Source: Magallana gigas
Lineage: Eukaryota
Length of the DNA: 64,000 nt
NCBI RefSeq assembly: GCF_963853765.1
Contig: NC_088855.1
Coordinates: 24,180,001-24,244,000 of the forward strand
Direction: 5' to 3'
The notes under the pieces were generated by a model. It was not told the DNA's origin, did not search any database, and saw only the letters and a program-made list of their open reading frames with translations. This document shows positions 15,001 through 27,026 of the stretch, piece after piece; the first letter of the stretch is position 1; every line of letters starts with the position of its first letter. A program made the position numbers and the translations under genes.

Positions 15001-18000
15001 TTGCTTTTCTTGGGAGTATTCAATAGTAATGTATAATAATAAAATAATTATTGAAACACGACCAAAGAACACAGTCTTAAATTAAAATTAAAATATTATT
15101 CCTTTACCTGATGTCCTTGAAAACATTTGTGAAGAAAGCCAGTAATTTCTTTGGCCTAAGATCACATCTAACCATTGCTGCAGAAATCAAGGAATGGATG
15201 ATTCGGGACACCAAGATTTTATCCAACCCACAATCAGGGTCCCCAAACAACTTGCAGAACAGAGTGATCAAGTCTACAATAAATAAGATATAAATTCAAT
15301 TGAGTAATTTTCAAAATGCAAGTTTCTTAACAAGGAACTTTTAGTCAAAAGCACTTCTGTTGACAAAACTTTAAGTCAAAATCAATGGTTTTTAATTAAA
15401 AGCTACTTAGCAAATTCATTTGCTTGAGTTTTCCTGTCATAAGTGCTTCTACAGTCTTTAAAAAATAACTTCTTAACAGATCATGTGGACATCTAGTCCG
15501 AACTATCTGACATTTTCCTGGCCTTTTTAATGATTTCTATATTTTACATGCCAGGGAATTTTAGGGGTATCTCTGTTGTTGTTGTTGGCAATTTACTATT
15601 TTTCAGTACAATAGCTACATTTACCTGGCATTGAGTCCTTAAGCTATGCCAAACTGTTTGTCTTTAAAGCAAAGAAACATGAACAAACAGGTGTTACAAT
15701 AGAGCAAGACATGATATACATGTAGCACTCATAAATTTCTTAATTAAGCATGCAATTAGCATTTAAATAAGGAAATCTAACATAAAGTAATTTTCATTAG
15801 GAAATTTTCAATGTATTTCCATGTTAGACATACAAAGTAATGTGAGTATCATTGAATCTATAATAAACATGGAAGTTCAATTTAGCAAGTGTCTAAAAAC
15901 ACAAATGATGATTTTTATACACACCCCATCCTTCATACCGGTACTCATAATTTCCTATTTAAAGAGGACATGGCCCTTCATTTCTCCTAGTTTGAAAGCT
16001 TTTCACCAAAAATGCTAATTAAGTGCCAAATTATGTTGAAATTGATCTAGTGGTTCTAGAGGAAATGATGACAGTGTGAAAAGCTACCATCAACAACTAT
16101 GCTAATAGAGGCCATACAAACTCATGTCAATAAACCTCACTAAAACCTCTGGTTTAGGTAAGCAAAATATCTAAGATCTTATTTCCTTAGTAAAATTTAC
16201 CATGCCACATCTTCTCCCCAATTTCGGAGCAGTATTTTCTGACAGTGAGCACATTTTTCAGCAGCACACTACTGTAGTCTAACCCATAGGCCACCAGCAT
16301 AAACTCATCCCTCAGCACCTCTGTTATCTGTCTGATCAGTTGGGAAGCTCTCAGCCTTGGACCCCCTGTCAATAAATATATAAATGAGTATAAATGACAA
16401 GACCGATTCCAAGATTTTTAACTGATACATGAATTTATTATAAAAATGTACAACTTTTATTTACATTTCACCACAGAACAGGCATTATTTAAAAAATATA
16501 CAAAGATAGAAGGCCCCTGATATTAATCAATATTTTAATCTATATTCATTTCAGACAATTTCATAGAAATATTTAAAAGGCTCTAACATAAGTGAAAAGA
16601 CAAGTGTTACGTAAAAACAATACAGTCAAATATCTATGAGCAGAAAAATCTTTGCTGACACTTGTGTCCTGCTTACTATTTTCTGCTTGTTTGACAACAA
16701 ACTTAAACACTCCCCCAATCTCTTGCTTTTTCTTCTCTCTGCTGGATCTGGCATTTGCCGACTGTGGTTCCTTCCCTTTCTGAAGTAACTGTGTCTCCAG
16801 GTAGACATAAGAATGGACTTCCTAAAAAAAAAGAGAATTAATTACTGTACATGACTATGTCTCTACTCCTTGCTTTTTAATTTATTGTTTGCATTTCTTA
16901 ACAACCAACATTCAGAAAATGTCATGTCTTTGAAGTTTTCATTTTCTGGCGTCCAAAAGAATTGAAACAAAGTCTGAGACACAATGCATAAAGAGATAAA
17001 ATGAAAATATAAGAATCTTAAAACACAGTGAACTATCGAAGTTCTTGAAATCTTTTTTCTGCTGTCAGTCATTTGGACTGACGACCATCTGAAGTTTGTC
17101 AGTCTGAACACTGAACAGATTTCTTTTTCAAAAAATTTCAATAGTAAAATAAAAAAAACTATATTCAAATTTAATTATCAGTTCATTTCATTCTTATCTT
17201 ACAGGCTTTCCAATTTCTCTTAGTGTTTATTCCTAAAATCAATTATTTGAAATTTTTCAAAGTCTTATGAAATTTATTATGACGTACCATATTTTAAATG
17301 TACATGGACAAATCCCATCATATAAAAATAGTTGTCAACCTTTTAACATACCCTTATGATGTCATCCCAGGTTAGAGCATTGCGTTCTCTAACCTTTTCA
17401 CGGCCATGTTGTGAGTTGTAGTCCAAACTGTTAATCACAGACTTTTTATGCAACAAGTTTTTCAGCTTCTCTAAACTTTTCTACAAAATAAACAATTTCT
17501 AATAATAAAAAAGAATATCCAACAGACTTCCTATTCAGATAGGTTGTAAGTTGTAACAACTGACAATTAACAATGTTCAGACAAATTAGTCAAATCTTGC
17601 CCTAAAATATCAACTCTCTTACAATTTGTTAACTTTAATACTGTACTTTTGTCAATACATGTACTAGTAAAGTACTGACCAGACACAACCTAACACCAGA
17701 GCAGACCCCAAAAGCTGACCCCAGGTTAGCTTGGTTTCCGCCAGGGGTCTGCTTTTTAAAATTTGTGTCTGTTCGGGATCTGCTATGGGTTTACTTGGGG
17801 TCAGCTTTTTGGCTCTGCTTTATGCACTGAAGTGTGAAGCAGACCCACCTTTTTTCTGATCACCAGTAAGCACTGCCCCTTGTATACTCCAAAAACACAT
17901 GTAGAGATATTTGGTCATTTTTCAGTTGTGATTGTACTTTAATGACAAAGTGTAGTATGTAAATTGAATAATTCATTTACCTGCATGATGATTTGATTAC

Positions 18001-18429
18001 AAAAGAGTTCTCAACAAGAGATCTGATTGGTTGGGGCTCTGATTGGTCAAAGCGTTTTGTCGATTGTCATGATTGACAGTTTTAGTAGTTAGACCAGACC
18101 CCACGTTCACTTTTAGGGTCTGCTTCTGAAATCAGGGTCTGCTCTGTGTCCGCTCTGTGTCTGCTATGGGTCAACCTGGGGACTGCTTGGGGTTGGCTCT
18201 GGGTCCACCCAAGCAGACCTGAAGCAGACGCTGAGCAACACAGAAAGCAGACCCGGGCTTTGGTTGGGTTCTGCTTACTGTTTAATAGGGTTATCTGTTT
18301 AAGTGTACGTACTAAAGAAATACAGTCCCTCTAGTTTGAGTAGTGTCATGTGATTTTTACCTTCCTTTCTGTGGCTTTCTCGCTGGAGAGCTCACGGCAA
18401 TACACAATTACGTCTGACAAATAGTCCAT
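1..18429 (-). CDS. ATM: Serine-protein kinase ATM, 5' portion (multi-exon; gene continues beyond the left edge)
   Basis: Spliced by hand. Exon 18361-18429 gives MDYLSDVIVYCRELSSEKATERK (TAN motif). Following exons 17352-17480, 16677-16821, 16201-16365 and 15108-15273 join in phase with GT-AG ends. Large exon ~11452-12411. FAT-proximal motifs [30 protein letters not shown] (~2200-2345), LLEAYRQIGDPDGVYGCG (~1300-1380) and YEHEGQWEKAVITYD (~1100-1160) match vertebrate ATM as I recall it. Kinase and FATC domains lie outside the window. Confidence 0.96.
1670..1846. mobile_element. Tc1/mariner-type MITE in an ATM intron
   Basis: TA|CAGTTGAAC ... TTTGACTG|TA: imperfect inverted ends with a TA duplication, 177 bp, non-coding. 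Confidence 0.7.
1879..2088. repeat. Fold-back inverted repeat (~88-bp arms, ~33-bp spacer)
   Basis: 1879-1967 is the reverse complement of 2001-2088 with about 4-5 mismatches. Confidence 0.9.
2837..2962. repeat. 62-bp tandem duplication spanning an ATM splice acceptor
   Basis: The unit tggtctgaa(a/g)tacatgga...ggtactc starts at 2837 and again at 2899. Confidence 0.9.
5324..6075. mobile_element. Kolobok-type non-autonomous DNA transposon in an ATM intron
   Basis: TTAA|GGAGGCCGACTT ... AATCGGCCTCC|TTAA. A TTAA duplication with purine-starting termini fits Kolobok rather than piggyBac. Internal repeat attttgagatgg...aaccagacggt occurs twice. Confidence 0.8.
14378..14550. mobile_element. Tc1/mariner-type MITE in an ATM intron
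   Basis: TA|CAGTAAAACAC ... TATTTTACTG|TA, 173 bp. Confidence 0.75.
17665..18290. repeat. GC-richer intronic element built from repeated GCAGACCC/GGGTCTGC motifs (probable degenerate DNA transposon)
   Basis: Many copies of gcagacc and gggtctgc in both orientations, with only degenerate terminal inverted similarity. A related motif (ttggctctgggtc) also occurs at ~6405. Confidence 0.45.
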
Positions 18430-18550
18430 GTTTGATTTGATGTTCACCTCCTGCAAAACATATCCACCCATACAAATGTCAAATTTCAATTACTTCTTAA
18501 CTTTTACAAAATTACGTTATGATCGAATTATTCATGCTTTAACTGACATA

Positions 18551-18660
18551 CCTAAAACACACATTCCCTCTTCTTAATAATCATGATATTCATCGCTTTT
18601 ATCAAAATTACACGAGGTGTGTATATTACTTCTGCTGCTTCGTCTGCCGCGCCAAACGGC
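18551..18660 (-). promoter_or_regulatory. Probable ATM non-coding first exon and proximal promoter with an E2F-like site
   Basis: Donor tttag|GTATGT at ~18551. Local CpG-rich patch containing TTTGGCGCGG (18647-18656, minus), which matches the E2F consensus. The transcription start is not determinable from sequence. Confidence 0.4.
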
Positions 18661-18872
18661 ACATTTTTCAAAGCGTTTATATTGTACACCGATCCCGACA
18701 AATATATTTTGACAATCAAGGATAACAGGCACCTGACGTTAACAATTATTATATTTCTCTTGTAATAATAATTTTTTTAAAATATTGACTTTATTAATTT
18801 CATACAAGAACAATATTCATAATGACAAAACATGAAAGTTTTAAATAAATGACATAAATTGAAAAAACTTAT

Positions 18873-18876
<4 letters not shown>

Positions 18877-18928
<52 letters not shown>
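18877..18928. repeat. (AG)n microsatellite
   Basis: Uninterrupted AG run. Confidence 0.98.
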
Positions 18929-18931
<3 letters not shown>

Positions 18932-18989
18932 ATGTAAATAAATGTTGTCATATTTCCCATCTGTTATTAAATTCATTCATTTTAAGGTG

Positions 18990-20090
18990 GAATAACACAT
19001 CATCACAAAATGGCTGACCGCTGATCGAAACGACATATGTATTGCTTAACTATCATAACTATAACATTGGTCTGTCTAATATTTTTTTTGGTTTTGTATT
19101 CTCCAAACATGAAAGTATCTTGATTCAGTTCAATATATATATCCTTTATTTGACATAAGTTTATGAAGTTATTAAGAAGCTGCTGTACAGTTGGGCAATT
19201 CCACATTAGGTGGCATATTGTTTCCTCTTCATTATGACATAGATTACATAATTTTGAATCAACTTTCCCAATTTTAAACATAATACTATTTGTTGTTAAA
19301 ATATATAAATGCGATATTGTAGCCATTGTAACTTGGCACTATTGGTAGTAAAAAATGGGATAGAATATATCTTTTTCCATTGTAAGTCAGTAATTTCAAA
19401 GATTTTCCACCACTTTTCCTGAGCACCTGGCTTGATTACTGATCTATTTAATATATCATACATAACTTTTGATCCTTTTCTTGTTGTGACAAAAATCTGG
19501 ATATTTATCGGAATAAAAGGTTTATCTAAACATTCATCTCTGCATATATTACACTTTCTCATATCAGAAATTATAGCATGCTTGATTCCTAAAAAAAGTT
19601 ACCTAGTTTGTTTTTATATTAAACTTCAATTGTAGTGTATCTATTTAAAGATACTGATAAAATTTCCCTGTTCATTCAGAAGGTCATTGACATATATGAT
19701 ATTATTTTTATACCAGGATCTTTCCTATTACTTGTTTGGTTTTTATCTTGAATTTCCTTGAACGCTATAAAAAAAAATTTCCAAAAATCTTTTTTAATAT
19801 TCTCTTTTAGCCAAACTAATTATTCAGTTCCTGTGCTTAATAAAAGTTCGATATCTACTATATTTTGTAACAAGGTTTTCCACTTTGAATTGTTATTGTA
19901 AAAAAAAGAATTCTTCTTATGATTTTTAATAATAAAATTATCCACTGAACCAGAGACATAAATAACAGAGATTGGCAACTGACTCTGACTGAACTGTGAT
20001 GATAAAAAGTTTGCCACGGTCGCCGTTTTTGAATTATTATTTAAGTACAGGGGATAATTCAATTATTATAACCAGCAGAAATATTTTTAA
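18990..20090 (-). mobile_element. Degraded non-LTR retrotransposon 3' fragment (L1/Tx1-like ORF2 C-terminus)
   Basis: Frameshifted peptides QEKWWKIF...KIYSIPFFTTNSAKLQWLQYRI and LCNLCHNEEETICHLMWNCP (CCHC, zf-RVT-like domain). Confidence 0.8.
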
Positions 20091-20929
20091 CGTCAGGGCC
20101 TGTGGTTTAATATAGTTGTGAAACCGTATTTATCAGATAAACTATGTTTTGCAAATGGTTGATTTATGTACTAGTATATGGTTTTTATTAATTAACATAA
20201 TTCATATATACTGTTTCAGTTTCTTTAAAATATAAGATAAAATAACAAGAGGATGAAAAACCAGATAACTATGTTTTGCAAATGGTTGATTTATGTACTA
20301 GTATATGGTTTTTATTAACTAACATAATCCATACATACATACCAGATAACTATGTTTTGCAAATGGTTGATTTATGTACTAGTATATGGTTTTTATTAAC
20401 TAACATAATCCATACATACTGTTTCAGTTTCTTTAAAATATAAGATAAAATAACAAGAGGATGAAAAACCAGATAACATCAAAACATCAACAACAAAATG
20501 CAAATACATACATGTACATTGTACACACAAAAACCAATCCAAACCCACCATCTTCATCACTTCAGAGGATGCAACTAAAAGAGAATTCATGTTAATGTTT
20601 CAAATGGCGTTAGAGGTGTTGGTGTTAAGTTATATAACGTGAAAGCCTTTTTGTGGATTATACGCAGATGATTCACTATGCGGATAAAAACTGAAGAAAT
20701 ATATAAAAAAAAATTGTTTAATCAAATATTTGAAAAATGGTCTGACAATTGTTTGGTTACCAACTGGTTACCATGGTTACCAACTGGTTACCATGGTTAC
20801 TTAACTTTCATCCGAAGTTGTATCCGTAACAAATTAAAAGTTAATGAAATCAAAGAACTATTGTTTGTTTTTTTCAAGATTGTCAGATCATGTTTCTTCT
20901 CATCTAAAACAATCAGACAGAGATAAATT

Positions 20930-21160
20930 AATATCAAAGTTATAAATCTAACTTTTGTTAGACCAATATGAGACTATGCTTCTGTTGTATTGGGTGGTCG
21001 CTTTTCCGCAGAAATTAAGAAGTTAGAAAAAGTGCAGCTACACGCTGCAAAAATGGTCACAGGACCTCCAATTTTGACCTCCAGGGAATCATTGTACTGT
21101 ACTTTGAAAAGGAGTGGGAATCTTTAGCTAAAAGACGGGAAATTGCTTAACTGACGATTA
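20930..21160 (+). mobile_element. CR1-like LINE ORF2 C-terminal relic (second copy at ~24850-25075)
   Basis: With frameshifts it reads FVRPI-DYASVV...EIKKLEKVQLHAAKMVTGPPILTSRESLY...EWESLAKRR, resembling the CR1-group RT C-terminus. Confidence 0.7.
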
Positions 21161-21694
21161 TGAATTGTATGATACTCACCAAAATCCAATGTCTTAGTGC
21201 TATTGCATTTTCACGTATGTGTATACACCTACTAGAGTTAAATACGATATTTACAAAAATCATTTATTCCAGATAACAATTATTAATAGCAAATGGAACT
21301 ATAACTAAAGAAAGCAACATCCATCTTTCATTAATCCAATAAATTTTTAGTTTAGGTCATGGGTTCGATACCACCAAATCTTTAGAATTTATTTTTTTTT
21401 CTTGTCGTTTGTTAATATTCAAAAATGAATAAAGTTAGAAATTGTCCTTTTATAAACTTGTATTATAACATTATCAAGTGTATTTCGTTGAAAGAAATTA
21501 AATTTGAAATTGTATTTTACGACTAAACCGAATGGGCATTTTGCATCTTCTACTCCCATCTTCTTTGGGAAAGGAAAACATTATAAACTTAATATTATGT
21601 TTGATTTTATTCAACTTCACAATGGTATTTTATAATGGACTATTTGCATTGAAATGAATTCAATATTTCATAAAGGAAATAAATGGAACATTAA

Positions 21695-22122
21695 AGGGGC
21701 ATGGTCACGATTTTGGTTACATTCTATTTTCATGTTTTTATTATTTACAATGCTTTAAGAAGACATTTCTAATGATCAAATAAAATTTGAGAGTCAGTTG
21801 TAGAGTTATAAGCAAGATACAGGGTTCACAATTCTTTGCCATGTAAACAAGGCTCGTGCCCTGCTTTTGTTTACAAAGGTTCAATATACCAGTAAAAAAA
21901 TCTTTCTCTAGCAAATTAGTTAATCTTCTTATTCATTTTAAGCATTTTCTTCTTTTTTTGTTTTTTTTGTTTACATAGCAAAGAAGTGCAAGCTCTGTAA
22001 CTCCCTTATAACTCATCAATAGACACTCAAATTTTTGTTGACTTTTATAAATACCTTACTTGAGCATTGTAAACATTAAAATTTGAAAAACAATTTTTGA
22101 TCAAAATCGTGACCATGCTCCT
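21695..22122. mobile_element. Kolobok-type MITE (copy A, internally deleted)
   Basis: TTAA|AGGGGCATGGTCACGATTTTG ... CAAAATCGTGACCATGCTCCT|TTAA. Confidence 0.85.
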
Positions 22123-22147
22123 TTAAATATAGAACCCCCTCTCCATT

Positions 22148-23055
22148 TTTCTTTGGTTTTGTATTCTCCAAACATGAAAGTATCTTGATTCAGTTCAATA
22201 TCTATATTTTTTATTTGACATAAGTTTATGAAGTTATTAAGAAGCTGCTGTACAGTTGGGCAATTCCACATTAGGTGGCATATTGTTTCCTCTTCATTAT
22301 GACACACAATTTTGAATCAACTTTCCCAATTTTAAACATAATACTATTTTTTGTTAAAATATTATGATTGATGCGATATTGTAGCCATTGTAACTTGGCA
22401 CTATTGGTAGTAAAAAATGGGATAGAATATATCTTTTTTCAAAGATTTCCCCCCACTTTTCCTGAGCACCTGGCTTGATTACTGATCTATTTAATACATC
22501 ATACATAGCTTTTGATCCTTTTCTTGTTGTGACCAAAATCTGGATATTTATCGGAATAAAAAGTTTATCTAAACATACATTTCTGCATATATTACACTTT
22601 TACATATCGGATATTATAGCATGCTTGGTTCCTAAAAAAGTTACGTAGTTTGTTTTTATATTAAACTTCAATTGTAGTGTATCTATTTAAAGATACTGAT
22701 AAAATTTCCCTGTTCATTCAGTAGGTCATTGACCTATATGATATTTTTATACCATGATCTGTAAAAAAAACTGTTTCTTTCCCTATCTATTCCACAAAGG
22801 CTGGCTAATATAATCTTTCCTATTACTTGTTTGGTTTTTATCTTGAATTTCCTAGAACGCTATAAAAACATCACTCCAAAAATCTTTTTTAATATTCTCT
22901 TATAGCCAAACTAATTATTCAGTTCCTGTGCTTAATGAAAGTTCGATATCTACTATATTTTGTAACAGGGTTTTCCACTTTGAATTGTTATTATAAAGAT
23001 TTCTTCTTATAATTTTTAATAATCAAATTATCCACTGAACCAGAGACATAAATAA
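22148..23055 (-). mobile_element. Second copy of the L1/Tx1-like fragment, interrupted at 23056 and resuming at ~24077
   Basis: Near-identical to 19085-19975; ORF track peptides at 22101-22307 and 22354-22536. Confidence 0.8.
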
Positions 23056-24076
23056 TATATAAATAGTGCCGGTTTGGGAGGGTAAGAGTTGAAATTGACA
23101 CCCCGAGAAAACCATTGTCAACCCTCCCAAACAGGCACTATTTATTTTATTGTACTGAATGTCTTAAGTACAAAGAAAACTTTCTGTTTTTATGTAGAAA
23201 TGACGTGAATTTTATGGCGAACCGTACGCGCATAATTTACGCGCATGTAACAATTCGTTGCATTACCCGTTGCCAAGTGTGTTGCTAACGCTGGGGGTAA
23301 TAGTATACAATTATTTAATGCTTGAGCAGTCAATAGACCAGAATATTTTTCCCGAGGTGCAAGGAACAGCTCAGTATGATCTATTGCCCGAGGCCAACGG
23401 CCGAGGGCAATAGATCATACTGAGCTGTTCCCTGCAAAAAGGGAAAAAATTCTCGTATATTGACTGCTCAAGCATTAAATAATTGTTTTATTACCTAATT
23501 CCTTTTTTAGTTTTCGGGGTTTACAATTTGCATATTGCAGATGGTTTTCGTGCCATTATGCAATAGATTAAGATTTTTTTCTCATCTTTTACATGCACAA
23601 AACCTGTTCCATGCATTAGAACATTTCAATTTAATATTAGTTTACGCAAAGAAGGAGGAGTCTTCAACTCATTAGATTTTAATAGTCTTTTACCTTATAT
23701 GAGGCTTTAAAACTGTTGCTTATTCGATACTCCATTTTGATAACATTAAATTTGGTTTCACCAAGTACTAAAAACAGTGTCTTTGTAAAGAAATATACAT
23801 TCCCTGAGAACTATCGAAAGGATGTAACATTAACATACCCGCGTTCTGAAATACGTTGCCGGTCCAAAAGATCGCAGTCTATTGACCGGCGGTCCAATAG
23901 ATCGCAGTCTATTGACCAGCGGTCCAATAGATCGCAGTCTATTGACCGGCAGTTCAAAATAGACGCAAATATTTAATTTGTAATAATACAACAAAATCCC
24001 TTTGATTAGGTAATAATAAAACGGATTATCAACTGCGTCTTAACCAATCAGATTTCAGTATTTAACATGAGAGTAT
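23056..24076. mobile_element. Palindromic-end non-autonomous element, family H (copy 1), containing a nested family E element
   Basis: Absent from duplication unit A (gacataaataacagag). In unit B it is flanked by AATAA on both sides. Starts tatataaatagtgcc and ends catgagagtat. Confidence 0.85.
23304..24015. mobile_element. Palindromic-end non-autonomous element, family E (copy 1)
   Basis: 180-bp palindrome at 23307-23486 centred on GGCC-AAC-GGCC. TTATTACCTAAT directly after it is inverted at the far end (ATTAGGTAATAA). Three 30-bp internal tandem units at ~23861-23950. The H copy at 32997 lacks it. Confidence 0.85.
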
Positions 24077-25623
24077 AATAACAGAGATTGGCAACTGACT
24101 CTGACTGAACTGTGATGATAATTAAAAAGTTTGCCACGGTCGCCATTTTGAATTATTATTTAAGTACAGGGGATAATTCAATTATTATAACCAGCAGAAA
24201 TATTTTTTAACGTCAGGGCCTTGTTAACCATAGTTTACAAATCACGAAACCGTATTTATCATATAAACTATGTTTTGCAAATGGTAGATTTATGTATATG
24301 GTTTTTATTAACTTACATAATTCATACATACTGTTTCAGTTTCTTTAAAATATAAGATAAAATAACAAGAGGATGAAAAACCAGATAACATCAAAACATC
24401 AACACAAAATGCAAATACATACATGTACATTGTACACACAAAAACCAATCCAAACCCACCATCTTCATCACTTCAGAGGATGCAACCAAAAGAGAATTCA
24501 TGTTAATGTTTCGAATGGCGTTAGAGGTGTTGGTGTTATTAAGTTATATAACGTGAAAGCCTTTTTGTGGCTTATACGCAGATGATTCACTATGCGGATA
24601 AAAACTGAAGAAATATATAAAAAAAAAATGTTTAATCAAATATTTGAAAAATGGTCTGACGATTGTTTGGTTACCAACTGGTTACCATGGTTACCAACTG
24701 GTTACCATGGTTACTTAACTTTCATTCGAAGTTGTATCCGTAACAAATTAAAAGTTTATGAAATCAAAGAACTATTGTTTGTTTTTTTCAAGATTGTCAG
24801 TTAGATCATGTTTCTTCTCATCTAAAACAATCAGACAGAGATAAATTAATATCAAAGTTATAAATCTAACTTTTGTTAGACCAATATGAGACTATGCTTC
24901 TGTTGTATTGGATGGTCGCTTTTCCGCAGAAATTAAGAAGTTAGAAAAAGTGCAGCTACACGCTGCAAAAAGGGTCACAGGACCTCCAATTTTGACCTCC
25001 GGGGAATCATTGTACTGTACTTTGAAAAGGAGTGGGAATCTTTAGCTAAAAGACGTGAAATCGCTAACCTGACGATTAATATGTAAAAAAAAAAACCTCA
25101 CCAAAATCCACAATAGCTTAACGTTAGTACTATTGCATTTTCATGTATGTGTATACACCTCCTAGAGTTAAATACGATATTTACAAAAATAATTTATTCC
25201 AGATGCTAATAGCAAGTGGAACTATAACTAAAAAAAGCAACATCCATCTTTCATTAATCCAATAAATTTTTAGGTCGTGGGTTCGATACCATCAAAACTT
25301 TATATTTCATTTTTTTCTTGTCGTTTGTTAATATCAAAAAATGAATAAAGTTAGAAATTGTCCTTTTATAAACTTGTATTATAACATTATCAAGTATATT
25401 TCGTTGAAAGAAATTAAATTTGAAATTGTATTTTACGACTAAACCGAATGGGCCTTTTGCATCTTCTTTGGGAAAGGAAAACATTATAAACTTAATATTA
25501 TGTTTGATTTTATTCAACTTCACAATGTGGAGATGTCCCCTACCACCTTTATGGTATTTTATTATGGACTATTTGCATTGAAATGAATTCAATATTTCAT
25601 AAAGGAAATAAATGGAACATTAA

Positions 25624-26097
25624 AGGGGCATGGTCACGATTTTGGTCACATTCTATTTTCATGTTTTTATTATTTACAGTGCTTTAAAATAAAATTTGAG
25701 AGTCAGTTGTAGAGTTATAAGCAAGATTCAGAGCTCACAATTCTTTGCCATGTAAACAAGGCTCGTGCCCTGCTTTTGTTTACAAAGGTTCAATATTCCA
25801 GTAAAACAATCTTTCTCTAGCCAATTTGTTAATCTTCTTATTCATTTTAAGCATGAATAAACTGTTTCTAACAAATAACACATTCATTTTAGGTCTAAAA
25901 CTGGAATTTTCACTTCAGCATTCAAAATGTAAACAAAGGCTTTGTTTTCATAGCAAAGAAGTGTAAGCTCTGTAACTCCCTTATAACTCAACAATAGACA
26001 TTCAAATTTTTGTTGACTTTTATAAATACCTTACTTGAGCAGTGCAAACATTAAAATTTGAAAAACAATTTTTGATCAAAATCGTGACCATGCCCCT
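25624..26097. mobile_element. Kolobok-type MITE (copy B)
   Basis: TTAA|AGGGGCATGGTCACGATTTTG ... CAAAATCGTGACCATGCCCCT|TTAA. Confidence 0.88.
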
Positions 26098-26184
26098 TTA
26101 AATATAGAACCCCCTCTCCATTTACCAATAATAGTTGCGAGATACTGTGTATAGAAATATGTATTCAAAAATTTGGAATATCAG

Positions 26185-27026
26185 AAACAAGAGGCCCATG
26201 GGCCACATTGCTCACCTGAGCAACAATAGCCTTAACTCTGATCAAATAAGCATTACAGTATCAAAATCAAGATATCTTGACAACTAAGTACAGTTTATCC
26301 ATTTTTTTGGGTAAATACCAAGCCCCTTTTGTTGTACCTGAAAGAAAATTTTTCTGTATTCCTATATAACCCCCCCCCCCCCCCCCTATTTTGTGGCCCT
26401 ACTTTTCTCTAGGAATTATGGTTTCATCAAACTTTAATCTGCACAACCTGTGCTTTCACACAAGTTACTGCTTTTTTTGACTGCCCTACCCCCGGGGACT
26501 ATGATATAAACAAACTTGAATCTACACTACCTAGGGTTGCTTCCACTCTAACTTTAGCTTTTCTGGCCTAATAGTTTTTGAGAAGAAGATTTTTAAAGAT
26601 TTTCTCTATATATTTCTATGTAAAACTTGATTCCACTGTTGTGGCCCCACCCTACCCCCGGGGACCATGATTTGATCAAACTTGAATCTACACTACCTGA
26701 GGATGCTTCCATACAAGTTACAGCTTTTCTGGCCTAATAGTTTTTGAAAAGACGATTTTCGAAAAACACCATAAATTTTCAATAATTCTAAATTATTCCC
26801 CCATTAAATAGGGCGTGGTCCTTCATTTGAACAAACTTAAATCCCCTTCACCCAGTGATGCTTTGTGCCAAGTTTGGCTGAAATCTACCCAGAGGTTCTG
26901 TAGAAGAACATGAAAGTGTGAAAAGTTTACAACAACGCCGCCAACGACAACGCCAACGACGACAGAGACCGGACAAATTTTGATCAGAAAAGCTCTCTTG
27001 AGCTTTTAGCTCTGATGAGCTAAAAA
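26185..27026 (+). mobile_element. Helentron-type non-autonomous element (HINE) carrying 166-bp satellite monomers (Cg170-like)
   Basis: 5' box AACAAGAGGCCCATGGGCCACATTGCTCACCTGAG. aaacttgaatctacactacct recurs at 26512 and 26678 (period 166). 3' AAC/GAC microsatellite, short hairpin and GAGCTAAAAA end. Matches the oyster HINE architecture as I recall it. Confidence 0.8.

Larger units (their letters stand above)
19081..26123. repeat. Tandem segmental duplication: unit A ~19081-22145, unit B ~22145-26123 (B carries an extra ~1-kb insertion)
   Basis: Both units have the same order of L1/Tx1 fragment, AT-rich block, CR1 fragment and Kolobok MITE. Both end in ttaaatatagaaccccctctccattt, and the junction lies in a T-run. 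Confidence 0.92.

Noticed and set aside
635-18334. Numerous short plus-strand ORFs over ATM, and antisense ORFs over the GPCRs, the 5-exon gene and ZCCHC8
   Set aside because: They are shadows of real exons on the opposite strand or chance ORFs in AT-rich introns.
20756-20800. GGTTACC-rich tandem resembling an interstitial telomere (copy at ~24668-24714)
   Set aside because: The unit is ggttaccaactggttaccat, not TTAGGG, and only about two copies are present, duplicated with the segment.
20678-20926. Duplicated small ORF MRIKTEEIYKKK (also 24592-24804)
   Set aside because: It lies in the duplicated repeat block, has no recognisable domain, and the two copies differ in length.
23861-23950. 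30-bp palindromic repeats resembling a CRISPR array (also ~32077-32168)
   Set aside because: The units are directly adjacent with no unique spacers, there are no cas genes, and the DNA is eukaryotic and inside a mobile element.
23716-23976. ORFs with RSNRSQSIDR repeats (also 31954-32193)
   Set aside because: They are translations of the 30-bp tandem unit, start at non-ATG codons and have no splice context.
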